A DNA stretch of 64,000 nucleotides from Armatimonadota bacterium (GCA_041690135.1 JAWLHY010000007.1:160001-224000), one strand, 5' to 3'; shown: positions 18,651-28,469, counted from the first letter of the stretch. A program made the numbers and translations. The notes: a model not told the origin generated them from the sequence alone.

Positions 18651-18686
18651 GGAGATTGGGTTCGGAAATTGGGTTCGGAAATTGGG
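18651..18686. repeat. 13-bp tandem repeat, about 2.8 copies
   Basis: ggagattgggttc ggaaattgggttc ggaaattggg. Confidence 0.8.
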
Positions 18687-18715
18687 CAAGGAAGAGACTC
18701 TGGGTAGGAAGAGGT

Positions 18716-18967
18716 ATGGAAGAAGCACTTAAACTGGTTCGAGTGAACCACCGAATGGTCAACCTGGGCCGGATCGTCGATGCCTACCTCTCCCACCACC
18801 CGGTCGGAGCCGGGGAAGCGATGCGGGACACGCTGACGGTGCGGTTTGCCGGCGAAACCGAGGTCACAGAGTACCGCGATGACGACGCCCGGGCCCTCTG
18901 GCATGCCCTTTGCCAGCAGGCGCGGGACGTTTCCCACCTGGGCCAGCGCCCGATCTCCGAGGACTGA
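18716..18967 (+). CDS. Small hypothetical protein
   Basis: GAGG RBS before ATG 18716; 83 aa with typical codon usage. Confidence 0.6.
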   Translation: MEEALKLVRVNHRMVNLGRIVDAYLSHHPVGAGEAMRDTLTVRFAGETEVTEYRDDDARALWHALCQQARDVSHLGQRPISED

Positions 18968-19010
18968 TGTTCCCGGTGGTGCGTGCCACGGCCGCCATTC
19001 GATGAGTGGA

Positions 19011-20039
19011 ATGGCGATGCGTGAAGCTCCTCTCCGCGGGGTGATGTTCGGCGCCGGGTACTTCGCCGGTTTCCAGGCGGAAGCGTGGCGCCGAGTGGAG
19101 GGAGCGCAGATCACGGCGGTGGCGGACCCCCAACGGGAGCGCGCGGAGGCCTTTGCCCAGGAATGGGGGATCCCTCGCACCTATGCCGACGGCGCCGAAA
19201 TGCTGGAAGCGGAACGCCCGGACTTCGTGGATATCGTCACCCGGCCGGATACCCACCTGCCGCTGGCGGAACTGGCCGCGAGTCACGGCGCCCACGTGAT
19301 CTGCCAGAAGCCCATGGCGCCGTCCTGGGATGAATGCACGGCAATGGTGGAAGGGTGCCGGCGCGCGGGCTTCCGGCTGCTGATCCACGAGAACTGGCGC
19401 TGGCAGCCGTGGTACCGGGAGGTCCGGCGCCTGATCGATGCCGGCGCCCTCGGTCGTCCGTTCCACGTGGGGTTCCGCATGCGCACGGGGGACGGTCGCG
19501 GCCCGGAGCCCTACCCGGTACAGCCGTACTTTCGGCAGATGGAGCGGTTCCTGCTGTTCGAGACGGCGGTCCACTTCCTCGACACCTTCCGCTACCTGAT
19601 GGGCGAGATCTCCGAGGTGTATTGCCGCACCGGCCGCATCAACCCGGAGATCGCGGGCGAAGATTACGCGCTCATCCAGCTCGGGTTCCGGAAGGGTGGG
19701 CACGGGTTGATCGACGCGAACCGGATCAGCGGTCCCAACCCCCCCTCGGTCGCCTTCGGCTCCCTCCGCCTCGAAGGGGAGACGGGCATGATCCGGTTGA
19801 CCCCGGACGGCCGCCTCTGGTGGACGGAATACGGCCGGGAGGAAAAGCTCCACCCGTTCCGCTGGGAAGAGCGGGGCTACAAAGGGGACAGCGTGTTCGC
19901 CCTCCAGCAGCACTTCGTCGACTGCCTGCGGAGCGGTGGGAGGAGCGAGACGGAAGGCGAGGAGTACCTCTCCACGGTGCGGGCGGTGGAGGCGTGCTAT
20001 CAATCGGCGCGGACGGGACAGGCGGTGGCGATCCAGTGA
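19011..20039 (+). CDS. Gfo/Idh/MocA family oxidoreductase
   Basis: FGAGYFA, ICQKPMA, HENWRWQP, ETAVHFLD. Confidence 0.92.
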   Translation: MAMREAPLRGVMFGAGYFAGFQAEAWRRVEGAQITAVADPQRERAEAFAQEWGIPRTYADGAEMLEAERPDFVDIVTRPDTHLPLAELAASHGAHVICQKPMAPSWDECTAMVEGCRRAGFRLLIHENWRWQPWYREVRRLIDAGALGRPFHVGFRMRTGDGRGPEPYPVQPYFRQMERFLLFETAVHFLDTFRYLMGEISEVYCRTGRINPEIAGEDYALIQLGFRKGGHGLIDANRISGPNPPSVAFGSLRLEGETGMIRLTPDGRLWWTEYGREEKLHPFRWEERGYKGDSVFALQQHFVDCLRSGGRSETEGEEYLSTVRAVEACYQSARTGQAVAIQ

Positions 20040-20778
20040 GGAACGGTTTTCAACTATTCGATGCCCACACGCACATCGGGACGGCGCGCCACAGCGGCCG
20101 CCGGTACACCGCCGAGCAACTCCTGGCAGCCATGGACCGGGCGGGGTGGACCGCTCCCTGGTGATTCCGTTTCCGGTGGTGGACGACTACCGCGCCGCGC
20201 ACGATGAGATCGGGGAAGCGGTGCGGCGTTACCCGGACCGGTTGGTCGGGGCCGCCTGCCTTTATCCGTTCCTCCCCGAGGCAGAGTTCCGGGAAGAAGT
20301 GCGGCGCTGCGTGGAAACCTATGGGTTCCGCGCGCTGAAGCTGCAGCCGAAGTTCCAGCCGCTCAACCCGCTCTCCCCCCGGAGCGACTTCTTCTGGGAG
20401 ACCGCCCGGGAGCACGGGTTGGTCGCGGTCTGCCACACCGGCGACGGGGTGCCGTTTTCCCTGCCTTCGCTCTACATCTCCCCGGCGCGGCGTTTCCCGG
20501 ATCTCTCGCTGGTTCTGGCGCACGCCGGGGGGAGCGTCTACTACCAGGAAAGCATTATCGCGGCCCAGGTCTGCCCGAACATCACCATCGAGCTCTCGAC
20601 CCTGATGCCGCACTTCGTGCTCGATATCCTGGCTCACGTGCCCGCTTCCCGGCTGATGATCGGGTCCGACCTGCCGGAGAGCCTGGAGACGGAACTCGGA
20701 AAGGTCTTGGGCCTGGAAGTAGAGGAGGCGGTCCGGCGTGATATCCTGTGGAACACGGCGGACCGCCTCTTTGGCTAA
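20036..20778 (+). pseudogene. Amidohydrolase_2 family protein with a 1-nt frameshift in a G run near 20143-20146 (possible sequencing error)
   Basis: GTG 20036 gives MRNGFQLFDAHTHIG...MDRAG; the next frame continues VDRSLVIPFP...ALKLQP...CHTG...LAHAGG...IGSDLP. Confidence 0.8.
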
Positions 20779-21569
20779 TGCAGCTCTTTGCCCAGGATAT
20801 AGGCGCCCATCACCACCAGGAACCAGCCAAAGGCCGGCTTCAGCTTCTCGTTCGAGACCCGCGACGCCAGCAGACTACCCACCACGATCCCGACCGCAGC
20901 CACCAGGGTGGCCTCCACCAGGAATGTCCAGTTGATGTCGCTGGTCCGCTGGACGTCGCCCAGGAAACCCAGCAGCGATTTCGCGGCGATGATCAGCAGG
21001 GAAGTCCCCACGGCCACCTGCATCGGCACATTCGCGAACAAGACCAGGGCCGGGATGATCAGGAACCCGCCCCCGGCCCCCACCAGCCCCGTGAGGCCGC
21101 CGACCACCAGCCCTTCCAGCAGGATCTTCCCCCAGGCGAAGTGCGGTTCCCCCTCCGGCTCGGCCTCGGGGGTGCGACTCTTGCGGATCATGGTCACCGC
21201 ACTGGCCAGCATCAGCACCGCGAACAGGGTCAGGATCGCCTGATCGCGGCCGAGCGCGAACCCCCCGACCTGGAGAACCGTTTCCGGAATGGCGGGGACC
21301 ACGTACCGCCGGGCGAGGTAGACCCCCAGGAAAGCCGGCGGTGCGAAGGTCGCCGCGGTCTTGAAGTCGACGAGCCCCCGGCGCATGTAGGCGATGCTGC
21401 CCACCAGCGCCGTGGCCCCCACGACGAACAACGAGTAACCCGTGGCCATGGTGGCCGAGATGTGGAACAGGTACGCGAAGATCGGGACGGTGAGGATCGA
21501 GCCCCCTCCCCCGATCAGCCCCAGCGTCATGCCCATCAGCGCAATCGCGATCCAGCCCAGATGTTCCAT
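20775..21569 (-). CDS. Sulfite exporter TauE/SafE family membrane protein
   Basis: LGLIGGGGSILTVP and GLVGAGGGFLIIPAL, AVGTSL. Confidence 0.92.
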   Translation of the reverse strand: MEHLGWIAIALMGMTLGLIGGGGSILTVPIFAYLFHISATMATGYSLFVVGATALVGSIAYMRRGLVDFKTAATFAPPAFLGVYLARRYVVPAIPETVLQVGGFALGRDQAILTLFAVLMLASAVTMIRKSRTPEAEPEGEPHFAWGKILLEGLVVGGLTGLVGAGGGFLIIPALVLFANVPMQVAVGTSLLIIAAKSLLGFLGDVQRTSDINWTFLVEATLVAAVGIVVGSLLASRVSNEKLKPAFGWFLVVMGAYILGKELH

Positions 21570-21907
21570 CACACCCTCCCCCATCGGCCTCAGGATACCC
21601 CCTGGGGCGATTTCGACCCGTGCGGTCACTCAGGGGGATGGATACGGTGAAGCTGCGAAGAGATTTAGGGGAAACGGCCTGCCTCGCCGCCTTGAAGGCC
21701 AACGCGGCATTCAGTGAGGTGGAATGTTCCACTTTCGATGTGCTGGAGGAATGCTCGGCTGTGACCCGGGCACCGTTGGGGTAGCACAGAGGCGACTTCG
21801 GTCGGGAGGAGAGGGCCGGAGCGGCGCTCCGGCATCCCTCCCAGGGGCGATCTCTCCACGCCGGTTCGAACCAGCGACCGACGGACTTGGATCGCGAGAT
21901 TGGATTC

Positions 21908-22465
21908 TTAACGCGGGGCCAGGGTCATCGTCATCCGTCGGCCGTCCATCTCGGCCGGGCGCTCCACGATACTGATATCCATCAACTCGGACGTCAGTTT
22001 CTCCAACTGCGCTTCTGCGATTTCGGGACGAGAGCGCTCGCGCCCTCGGAACAGGAGCGTCACCTGGACGCGGTGGCCTTCTTCCAGGAAAGTGCGGGCC
22101 TTACGGGCGCGCAATTCCAGATCGTGCGCTTCCGTGCCGAAGCGCATCCGGATCCCCTTGGTTTCTCCGGTCTGGTGGCCGTTCTCCCGCTGTTCCCGGC
22201 GGGACTCTCGCTGGCGCTTCTTCTCTTCGTACTGTTGCTTCCCGAAATCGATAATGCGGCAGACCGGAGGCCGCGCCTGGGGGGCCACTTCTACCAGGTC
22301 CAGCCCGGACTTCTGCGCGAGACGCAGGGCGTCTCCGGTCCGCATCACGCCGAGCTGTTTACCGTCGGCGCCGATGACTCTTACTTCGGGAATGCGAATG
22401 CGGTTGTTGCGTCGGGGGCCCAACTCGCGGGGTACGTACTGCCAGCCTCTTCTAAACCGTGCGAT
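21908..22465 (-). CDS. infC: Translation initiation factor IF-3 with a non-canonical ATC start
   Basis: NNRIRIPEVRVI, LDLVEVAPQARPPVCRIIDFGK, FRGRE; GAAAGGAG lies 7 nt before the in-frame ATC at 22465. Confidence 0.92.
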   Translation of the reverse strand: MARFRRGWQYVPRELGPRRNNRIRIPEVRVIGADGKQLGVMRTGDALRLAQKSGLDLVEVAPQARPPVCRIIDFGKQQYEEKKRQRESRREQRENGHQTGETKGIRMRFGTEAHDLELRARKARTFLEEGHRVQVTLLFRGRERSRPEIAEAQLEKLTSELMDISIVERPAEMDGRRMTMTLAPR

Positions 22466-22502
22466 CGTTCTGCTCCTTTCTGAATTCAGTGATGCGTCGT
22501 GA

Positions 22503-22913
22503 CTACTTGGCCACCTTCCGCTGGCGGGCCGAGGCGCGACGCTGGGCGTAATGACGGCGGCGGAGGGTTTCCAGACGCTTGCAGGCTTCCGCGTTCCCGT
22601 CGCTGCGGATCACTGCCGCGGCATCCCTGTTCTCCGGGTCCAGGCCCAGCAACCCCCATGCAGCCTGAATGCGGTCGTCGGGTTGCCTGGCTTCGAGACG
22701 TTCTTCCCAATGCCCTTCACAGAGCTCCTGATAAGCATTGAGGGCCTCGGTGAAGTTGCCACTGCTGAACACCTCGTGCCCCTTGCGGAGTACGTAGAAT
22801 CTTCCCTGGCGCGGCACCGTGCGGGTATTCGCCTCCAGGGAAAAGTCGGCGTCGTGGAGCTGCCGCCGATACCAGGTGGTGGGAGCGATGTCGAGTGATT
22901 CAGGTAATTTCAA
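22503..22913 (-). CDS. Hypothetical protein upstream of infC
   Basis: GAAAGGA RBS before TTG 22913; ends about 40 nt before infC on the same strand. Confidence 0.65.
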   Translation of the reverse strand: MKLPESLDIAPTTWYRRQLHDADFSLEANTRTVPRQGRFYVLRKGHEVFSSGNFTEALNAYQELCEGHWEERLEARQPDDRIQAAWGLLGLDPENRDAAAVIRSDGNAEACKRLETLRRRHYAQRRASARQRKVAK

Positions 22914-23091
22914 ATGACCGTCCTTTCTGTGCTGCACGCCGGAGCGGGACCAGAACTTCGGTCCCCGTCTTCACGGAGCGTTGAAAAGCCGGTCCGCCCA
23001 GGATTTGATCACCACTTTTAATATACCCATACAAAATGCTTATTAAACGGGTACTCGGTGGACTGGCAAGCAAACCTCTTCAGTCTCAGAG

Positions 23092-23160
23092 TTCCCGTGG
23101 AGGCGGGGACACGGCGATGGCCGAACTCGGCCCGGCACCGCATCCCCGCCTCCACGGGAA
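23092..23160. repeat. REP-like 18-bp perfect inverted repeat
   Basis: ttcccgtggaggcgggga (23092-23109) / tccccgcctccacgggaa (23143-23160), just past the M48 stop. Confidence 0.85.
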
Positions 23161-23169
23161 AGTGTCCCC

Positions 23170-23970
23170 TCAGGGCACGCGGTGTGGCGGCTGCTGATTC
23201 TGGAAGGCCGGTTGGAGCTGTGGACTGAATCGCTGTAGGTTTTGGAGACGGGATCCGATTGGCGGATGGCTGAGGTGCTGACGGACCAACCAACCACTGA
23301 AGCCGGTATTGATACGGACGGCATCGCCCACCAGGGCGGCGTCCACCAGAAGGTGATGCAGGCGCGGGCCTACACAGATCTTTTTGAGTGCCGCGGTGGC
23401 TTCGTCAAGGGACCCCGCGGCCACGATCCCGGCGTTGTCGCAGGTCAACTCTCGAGCTTGCAGAAACGCCATCGGTTTGTAGATTTCAAAAATGCCGCGG
23501 GGTCCGTGATCCAGAGCTCCGTGACACATTTCGTGGGCCAGCAGAAATCGAAGCTGCGCCGGGTGCTGAATGAGACCCTCCAGGAGGTCGGACAGGATCA
23601 CGATGACGCGTTTGCGCGCGAAGCGGATAGCAAATGCATTCGCTTCGCCGCTGTGGATGACGATGATCCGGGGCATCACCTTCCAGTTGAATTGCTGCGC
23701 CACCTCCTGTGCTGCGGTATAGACCTCGGGAAACTGCCGCGGAGAGACGGTGGCTCCCAGTGCTTCCAGCGAACGCACATGAAACTCCGCCAGAAGGAAG
23801 CGCAGGAGCCAGGCACCCCCGGCGAACAACAGCACCGTCCCACAGGTCACTGCTGTCCAGACCGCCAGCCCCAGCCAGATAAATCCGTTGATCACATACA
23901 CGAGTGTCCGTTGCTTCTGCTCTTCCGAGGAGACGCAGGCTTCGAATGTCATGCCTTGCCCGGTAGCCAT
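23170..23970 (-). CDS. M48 family zinc metallopeptidase
   Basis: ANAFA, LAHEMCH (HExxH), RELTCD, SHPPIGSR; N-terminal TM helices. Confidence 0.88.
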   Translation of the reverse strand: MATGQGMTFEACVSSEEQKQRTLVYVINGFIWLGLAVWTAVTCGTVLLFAGGAWLLRFLLAEFHVRSLEALGATVSPRQFPEVYTAAQEVAQQFNWKVMPRIIVIHSGEANAFAIRFARKRVIVILSDLLEGLIQHPAQLRFLLAHEMCHGALDHGPRGIFEIYKPMAFLQARELTCDNAGIVAAGSLDEATAALKKICVGPRLHHLLVDAALVGDAVRINTGFSGWLVRQHLSHPPIGSRLQNLQRFSPQLQPAFQNQQPPHRVP

Positions 23971-24144
23971 GGATAAACCCTCCAGAAACCCCTCAAGATT
24001 AGCTACAGTGGAGATCGCCTCCGATTGCCGTGGAGACGCACAATTGAGTTGGGGGCGAGCAGGCGGAACTCCTTCTGGAAGACAGGCCGCGAGGCAGGCC
24101 GAGAGCCAGGCCGGGAGACGAACGTTTCAGAGGATCCGCATGCG

Positions 24145-24188
24145 CGGAGCCCGCCAGGTCCTCGTACTCGAGGACCTGGCGGGCTCCG
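24145..24188. repeat. Perfect 20-bp hairpin with a 4-nt loop
   Basis: cggagcccgccaggtcctcg-tact-cgaggacctggcgggctccg. Confidence 0.9.
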
Positions 24189-24302
24189 TCGGCCGTGGTT
24201 CGAAGCACGGCGGGTTCTTATCGCCGGAGGTCCTTAGGGCATCAGGCCCACCGGCGGGATCGCTTCGTTTCCTTGGTTCAAGCGGACCGGCTGCGCCGGA
24301 CC

Positions 24303-24614
24303 TCAAGCGTGGAGGACGTTCAGGAGACGCAAGGTCCAGAACATCAGCACGAGGGCCGTCGAGGCCCAGGTCGTCACCTCACTGGCGCGGTTACCCCGGC
24401 GCTGGATGTATAGGGCGTAGTAGGACCGCGCCAGGAGGATTACCGTGAGCACCACCAGTGCCGGTGAAAGCCAGCGGGCCACCAGCGTGGCGGTCGTTCC
24501 GGCCAGGCCCAGAGTGGAGAGCGCGGCCGGAAGCAGGCAGCACTTGAGCGTGCCCAGCGTGGTGACCGCCGCCCCCGCCGCTACGGCCAGCATACTCGAT
24601 AGCTTTTCCTTCAT
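24303..24614 (-). CDS. Small 3-TM membrane protein with vicinal Cys-Cys (MerT-like metal transporter)
   Basis: KCCLLPAALSTLGLAG resembles the MerT SxCCxxP motif; three hydrophobic segments. Confidence 0.6.
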   Translation of the reverse strand: MKEKLSSMLAVAAGAAVTTLGTLKCCLLPAALSTLGLAGTTATLVARWLSPALVVLTVILLARSYYALYIQRRGNRASEVTTWASTALVLMFWTLRLLNVLHA

Positions 24615-24691
24615 CTTCGAGTTCCAGTTGGACGAACCCGTCCGCAATTCAAAGTTTGCTCCGATCGCGGACGGGGTGGTTACGGTTGTCG

Positions 24692-26032
24692 CTAGGAGAA
24701 GATCTCCGTTGTCACGTCCCCGCCGGGGATCCGCATTTCGTGGCCGCGTGCGGTGCCGAAGTCGACGTAAAAGTCCGGGTCAAGGGTCATACCCCCGTCG
24801 GGATTGCAGTCGATCTTGAGCATCCAGCTCTTCATGTCCGGATAGAACTGGTTGTCCCAGGTGCTGTAGAGGGAGTTGGTGACGTAGAGCCGCCGCCCGT
24901 CCATCGACAACTGGAGCATTTGCGGGCCGCCGTCTAGCTTCCGATCACCGTGCATTACCGGGCCCAGCACGCCGCCGCACCACACCTGTCCGGTGAGGCG
25001 GGGATGCGCGGGGTCGGAGATGTCGTACTGCCGGATGTCCCCGTGGAGCCAATTGCTGAAGTAGAGATAGCGGTCGTCCATCGAAACCAGCAGGTCGGTG
25101 ATGAGCCCCGGAACGGGGAACGGCCAGCCGGGGACTTCCTTGGCCTCGACGTCGATCACTTTCTCCACGTCCCAGCCGCCGTTCTGGGGGAACCACCGCC
25201 ACATGGTGCTGCTGAGGGCGGCGCCCACATAGCCGGTATCGGCATCGGGGTGGTGCAGGAACCGCGACTCCAGCGGGATCATCCCCGCTTCGCCCAGGTC
25301 GACGGACTGGAGATGGTTCCGTTTCTCCAGGTCCCAGAAGTGCAGCCGGTGTCCGTACTTGCCTTCCGTAACGTCCTGGAGGTCGAACCCCTTCTCGAAG
25401 GTGTTGGGGAACGCCCACTCGCTGGAGACCATGGTGTTCTTTCGCGGCTGGTACCAGAAGTCGTACATGAACTCCTGGTCGCCTTTATCGTTCTCCCAGC
25501 GGCCCAGTATGCTGAAGTCCTTGCTGTCGAGCACGGCGAACCCGCCCGGACCATTCCCTTCCGCGTCTCCCAGCATGCTCAGCGTGACGATCCCGCCCGG
25601 CATGCAGTGGACCGTGTGTGGTCGTGAGTAACCGGTCTTCTTGATCAACTCCTCCGGCTCAATGACCTTCGCGATCTGTGGGCGGCGCGGGTCGGCGAGC
25701 ACGTCCAGGATGTGCACCCGGCTGGAACGGAAGCCCGGCACCACCAGGTACTGGCGCTGCAGCCCGCAGCAGTGGTGGGAAGAGCTGCAAGTCTGCCACC
25801 CGAAGTGGTGGAGCTCATCCCCCAGGTTCGGCATCTCCGCGCGGTGGATGAGCTGGGAGTAGGTATCCGAGTCGGGATGCACGTCCACCACTCCCAGGAA
25901 GTCGGGCCGGTCGACACCGGTGCCCGTGTGCAGGCAGCTCACGTAGAGGAACTCTTCGCGGGGGGCTCGGATCGCCTCTTCCGGCGATGCGTAGCCGGGT
26001 CCCGTCGGGCTGTTTTCTGTTGCGCAGGCCAT
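24692..26032 (-). CDS. SBP56 / SELENBP1-like protein (methanethiol oxidase family), no signal peptide
   Basis: GPGYASP, DELHHFGW..CSS, PHTVHC, YDFWYQPRKN.MVSSEW, GGPQMLQLSMDGRRLYVTNSLYSTWDNQFYP, GGD.T.EIF. Confidence 0.93.
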   Translation of the reverse strand: MACATENSPTGPGYASPEEAIRAPREEFLYVSCLHTGTGVDRPDFLGVVDVHPDSDTYSQLIHRAEMPNLGDELHHFGWQTCSSSHHCCGLQRQYLVVPGFRSSRVHILDVLADPRRPQIAKVIEPEELIKKTGYSRPHTVHCMPGGIVTLSMLGDAEGNGPGGFAVLDSKDFSILGRWENDKGDQEFMYDFWYQPRKNTMVSSEWAFPNTFEKGFDLQDVTEGKYGHRLHFWDLEKRNHLQSVDLGEAGMIPLESRFLHHPDADTGYVGAALSSTMWRWFPQNGGWDVEKVIDVEAKEVPGWPFPVPGLITDLLVSMDDRYLYFSNWLHGDIRQYDISDPAHPRLTGQVWCGGVLGPVMHGDRKLDGGPQMLQLSMDGRRLYVTNSLYSTWDNQFYPDMKSWMLKIDCNPDGGMTLDPDFYVDFGTARGHEMRIPGGDVTTEIFS

Positions 26033-26166
26033 CGTTGTCCTACCTTTCGTGCGGTTCAAATCGAGAGCGCGTGCCCTCTGAAGGCTGAAGGCTGAATGCT
26101 ACCGGCCGGGAGCGGCGATACGGATGGGGAAAGCCCCGGCATCCGGGAAGCCGGTGCGGCGTGGGT

Positions 26167-26469
26167 TCACGAGGCCGCCCCGGCCTCCACGGGGTCCTCG
26201 CGGACGACCACCGTCCGCACCACCGGGATGATCTCGTCAGCGACCAAACCCGCCCGTTGCGCGTGGTCCCGGATTGCCTCCGGTCCGGTTGCCTGGTAAA
26301 CGCACACTGTGCCGAGCCGGCCGTCCGGCTCCGTTACTACATAGGAGCGGATCCAACGCACCGTGTCGGGCATCTCCTCGTTGCCGACTCGCGCGGAGCG
26401 ACCCGCGGCGATCTCGAGTTCCTGCGGCGTTCCCCACGCGCTGCGGCGGCGAATCAGGTAAGTTTCCAT
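26167..26469 (-). CDS. DUF4242 family protein
   Basis: VRWIRSYV...GTVCVYQATGPEAIRDHA..AGL.ADEI; AAGGGAG RBS. Confidence 0.85.
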   Translation of the reverse strand: METYLIRRRSAWGTPQELEIAAGRSARVGNEEMPDTVRWIRSYVVTEPDGRLGTVCVYQATGPEAIRDHAQRAGLVADEIIPVVRTVVVREDPVEAGAAS

Positions 26470-26675
26470 TTGCGCATCTCCCTTCTTCAGGCCGGAAGGA
26501 CGTGCGGTCCGGTGAGATCCGGTCCAAGGCGAAACCGCAAGGTGCTGCACGTTCCGCCTCTCACGTGAGGTAGTATAGAGGGGGGAGGGTGGGGTGTCCT
26601 TCGCCCGACCTTACCAAATCCTTACCTGTTTCTCGCGTGCCGGGCGCCGGTCGCCCGGGCGGACGGGCGGATGTA

Positions 26676-28469
26676 ATGGTTTACCGTTTTGCGGACTTTG
26701 AGTTGGACGAGAAGCGCCGGGAGCTGCGCCTGCGTGGCCGGGAAGTGGGCCTGCAGCCGCGGGTGCTCGATCTGCTCCTGTATCTGGTGCGGAACCGCGA
26801 CCGGGTCGTCGGCAAGGAAGAACTGCTGGAGACTCTCTGGTCGGATGTGATTGTGGTGGATGGCGCCCTTCAGCGCGCAATGAGCCTGGCGCGCACTGCC
26901 TTGCAGCAGGGAGGCGCTCGGGACGTCATCCGCACTTACGCGCGCCACGGCTACCGCTTTTGTGGTGAAGTGGAGTGCGAGGACGATGGTCCCGCCTCCG
27001 GCGATGTCGGCGCGCCAGCCACGGCAGATGCGGCATCGCCCCTTTGCCAGGCACGCCGGGCCTATGATCGGGGAGACTGGGAAGAGGCGGTCCATTGCTT
27101 TCGCGAGGTGGACCGGAACGATGGGCTAACTGCCGCCGACCTGGAGCGCTGGGCCCATGCTGGCCGGTGTGCCGGGAGGGAGACGGATGCTGTCGCTCCC
27201 CTGGAACGGGCGGTGACTGCCCATGCCGCCGTAGGCGACCGGGTGGGTGCGGCACGGGCCGCCCTCCTGCTGACGCAAATTCAGCAGGAACAGCGGGAAG
27301 GGGCCGTAGCCCAGGGTTGGCTGAACCGGGCGGCCAACTTCCTCGCAGGGGAGGCGAATTGCCGGGAACACGGGCTGCTGGAGTGGCTTCGGAGCCGGTT
27401 TGCCGCCGCTGAGGGCGCTCTGGAAGAGGCGGCTCGCCGCGCAGAACAGGCCCACGTCCTGGGTCAAAGGATTGGCGATGCCGACCTGGAAGCCCTGAGC
27501 CTTTTGCAGTGGGGTCTCGTCCGGATTGCGCAGGGCGATATTCAGGCGGGGACCGCGCTCCAGGATGAAGCCGGCGCCGCCGCGCTGGGCGAGCAGGTGA
27601 GCCCCTGGGTGGCGTGCACGGTTTACTGCGGCATCGTCTGGGGCTGCCGCAACCGGGCCGATTGGGATCGCGCGGCCCAGTGGACCGAGCAGTACGACCG
27701 CTGGATCGGTCGCGGGCAGCTCGCGCACTTTCCGGGGCTTTGCCGGCTGCACCGCGCCGAGGTGCTGGGGGTGAAGGGCGAGCTGGATGAAGCCGAGCGG
27801 GAAGTGCGCGAGGCATGTGAGATGCTCGCCGTCAATGCTCCCTGGGCGCTGGGGGACGCCTACCGGGTGCTGGGCGAGATGCGGCTTTCCTGCTACGACC
27901 TGCGGAGCGCGGAAGAGGCCTTCCGGCGCGCTTACGAACTGGGCTGGGACCCGCAGCCGGGCTACGCGCAGCTCCACCTCCAGCAGGGGCGCGCCGATGC
28001 GGCAGTCCGGGCGCTCGAGCGTTCCCTGGCCGATACCCGCTGGACCCAGAGCCAGCGCCGGGGGCTCCTCCTCGCCCACCTCGCTATCGCGGCTACCGCG
28101 GCCGGGTACTGTGAACGGGCTACTGCGGCCATGGAGGAGCTGGACGCGAACCCTGACCTCTATGCCACTCCCGCCCTCGCAGCTCTGGTGGAACGCGCGC
28201 GGGCCGAAGTGGCCCTCTGTGAGGCTCGCCAAAACGAAGCAGTGGCCTCCCTCCGGCGCAGTCTGCAGGCCTGGCAGGAGATCGGCGCGCCGCTGCACGT
28301 CGCCACCCTGCGCCTCCGGCTGGTGGAGATCCACATGCAGGACGGAGATCCCGACCTGGCGGAGTTGGAACTGACCGCCGCCGAAGCGGCCTTCCGCAAG
28401 GTAGGCGCAAAGGCCGCGCTGGGGGCGTGCGAGTCGATTCGGAAGACTCACTCTCTGGGCTTCACCTGA
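26676..28469 (+). CDS. Transcriptional regulator: OmpR/CadC-type winged HTH plus TPR-like helical sensor domain
   Basis: YRFADFELD...LQPRVLDLLLYLV..RDRVV.KEELL..LW...IRT..RHGYRF followed by helical repeats; divergent from DUF4242. Confidence 0.88.
   Translation: MVYRFADFELDEKRRELRLRGREVGLQPRVLDLLLYLVRNRDRVVGKEELLETLWSDVIVVDGALQRAMSLARTALQQGGARDVIRTYARHGYRFCGEVECEDDGPASGDVGAPATADAASPLCQARRAYDRGDWEEAVHCFREVDRNDGLTAADLERWAHAGRCAGRETDAVAPLERAVTAHAAVGDRVGAARAALLLTQIQQEQREGAVAQGWLNRAANFLAGEANCREHGLLEWLRSRFAAAEGALEEAARRAEQAHVLGQRIGDADLEALSLLQWGLVRIAQGDIQAGTALQDEAGAAALGEQVSPWVACTVYCGIVWGCRNRADWDRAAQWTEQYDRWIGRGQLAHFPGLCRLHRAEVLGVKGELDEAEREVREACEMLAVNAPWALGDAYRVLGEMRLSCYDLRSAEEAFRRAYELGWDPQPGYAQLHLQQGRADAAVRALERSLADTRWTQSQRRGLLLAHLAIAATAAGYCERATAAMEELDANPDLYATPALAALVERARAEVALCEARQNEAVASLRRSLQAWQEIGAPLHVATLRLRLVEIHMQDGDPDLAELELTAAEAAFRKVGAKAALGACESIRKTHSLGFT

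Noticed and set aside
21800-21890. GGTTCGAACC T-loop-like motif suggesting a tRNA
   Set aside because: No acceptor stem, D arm or anticodon arm could be built; the region is better explained by a GC hairpin downstream of infC.
24692-26032. Functional link between the selenium-binding protein and the selenoprotein
   Set aside because: SBP56/SELENBP1 is a methanethiol oxidase family not involved in Sec insertion; it has no in-frame TGA and lies 35 kb away.
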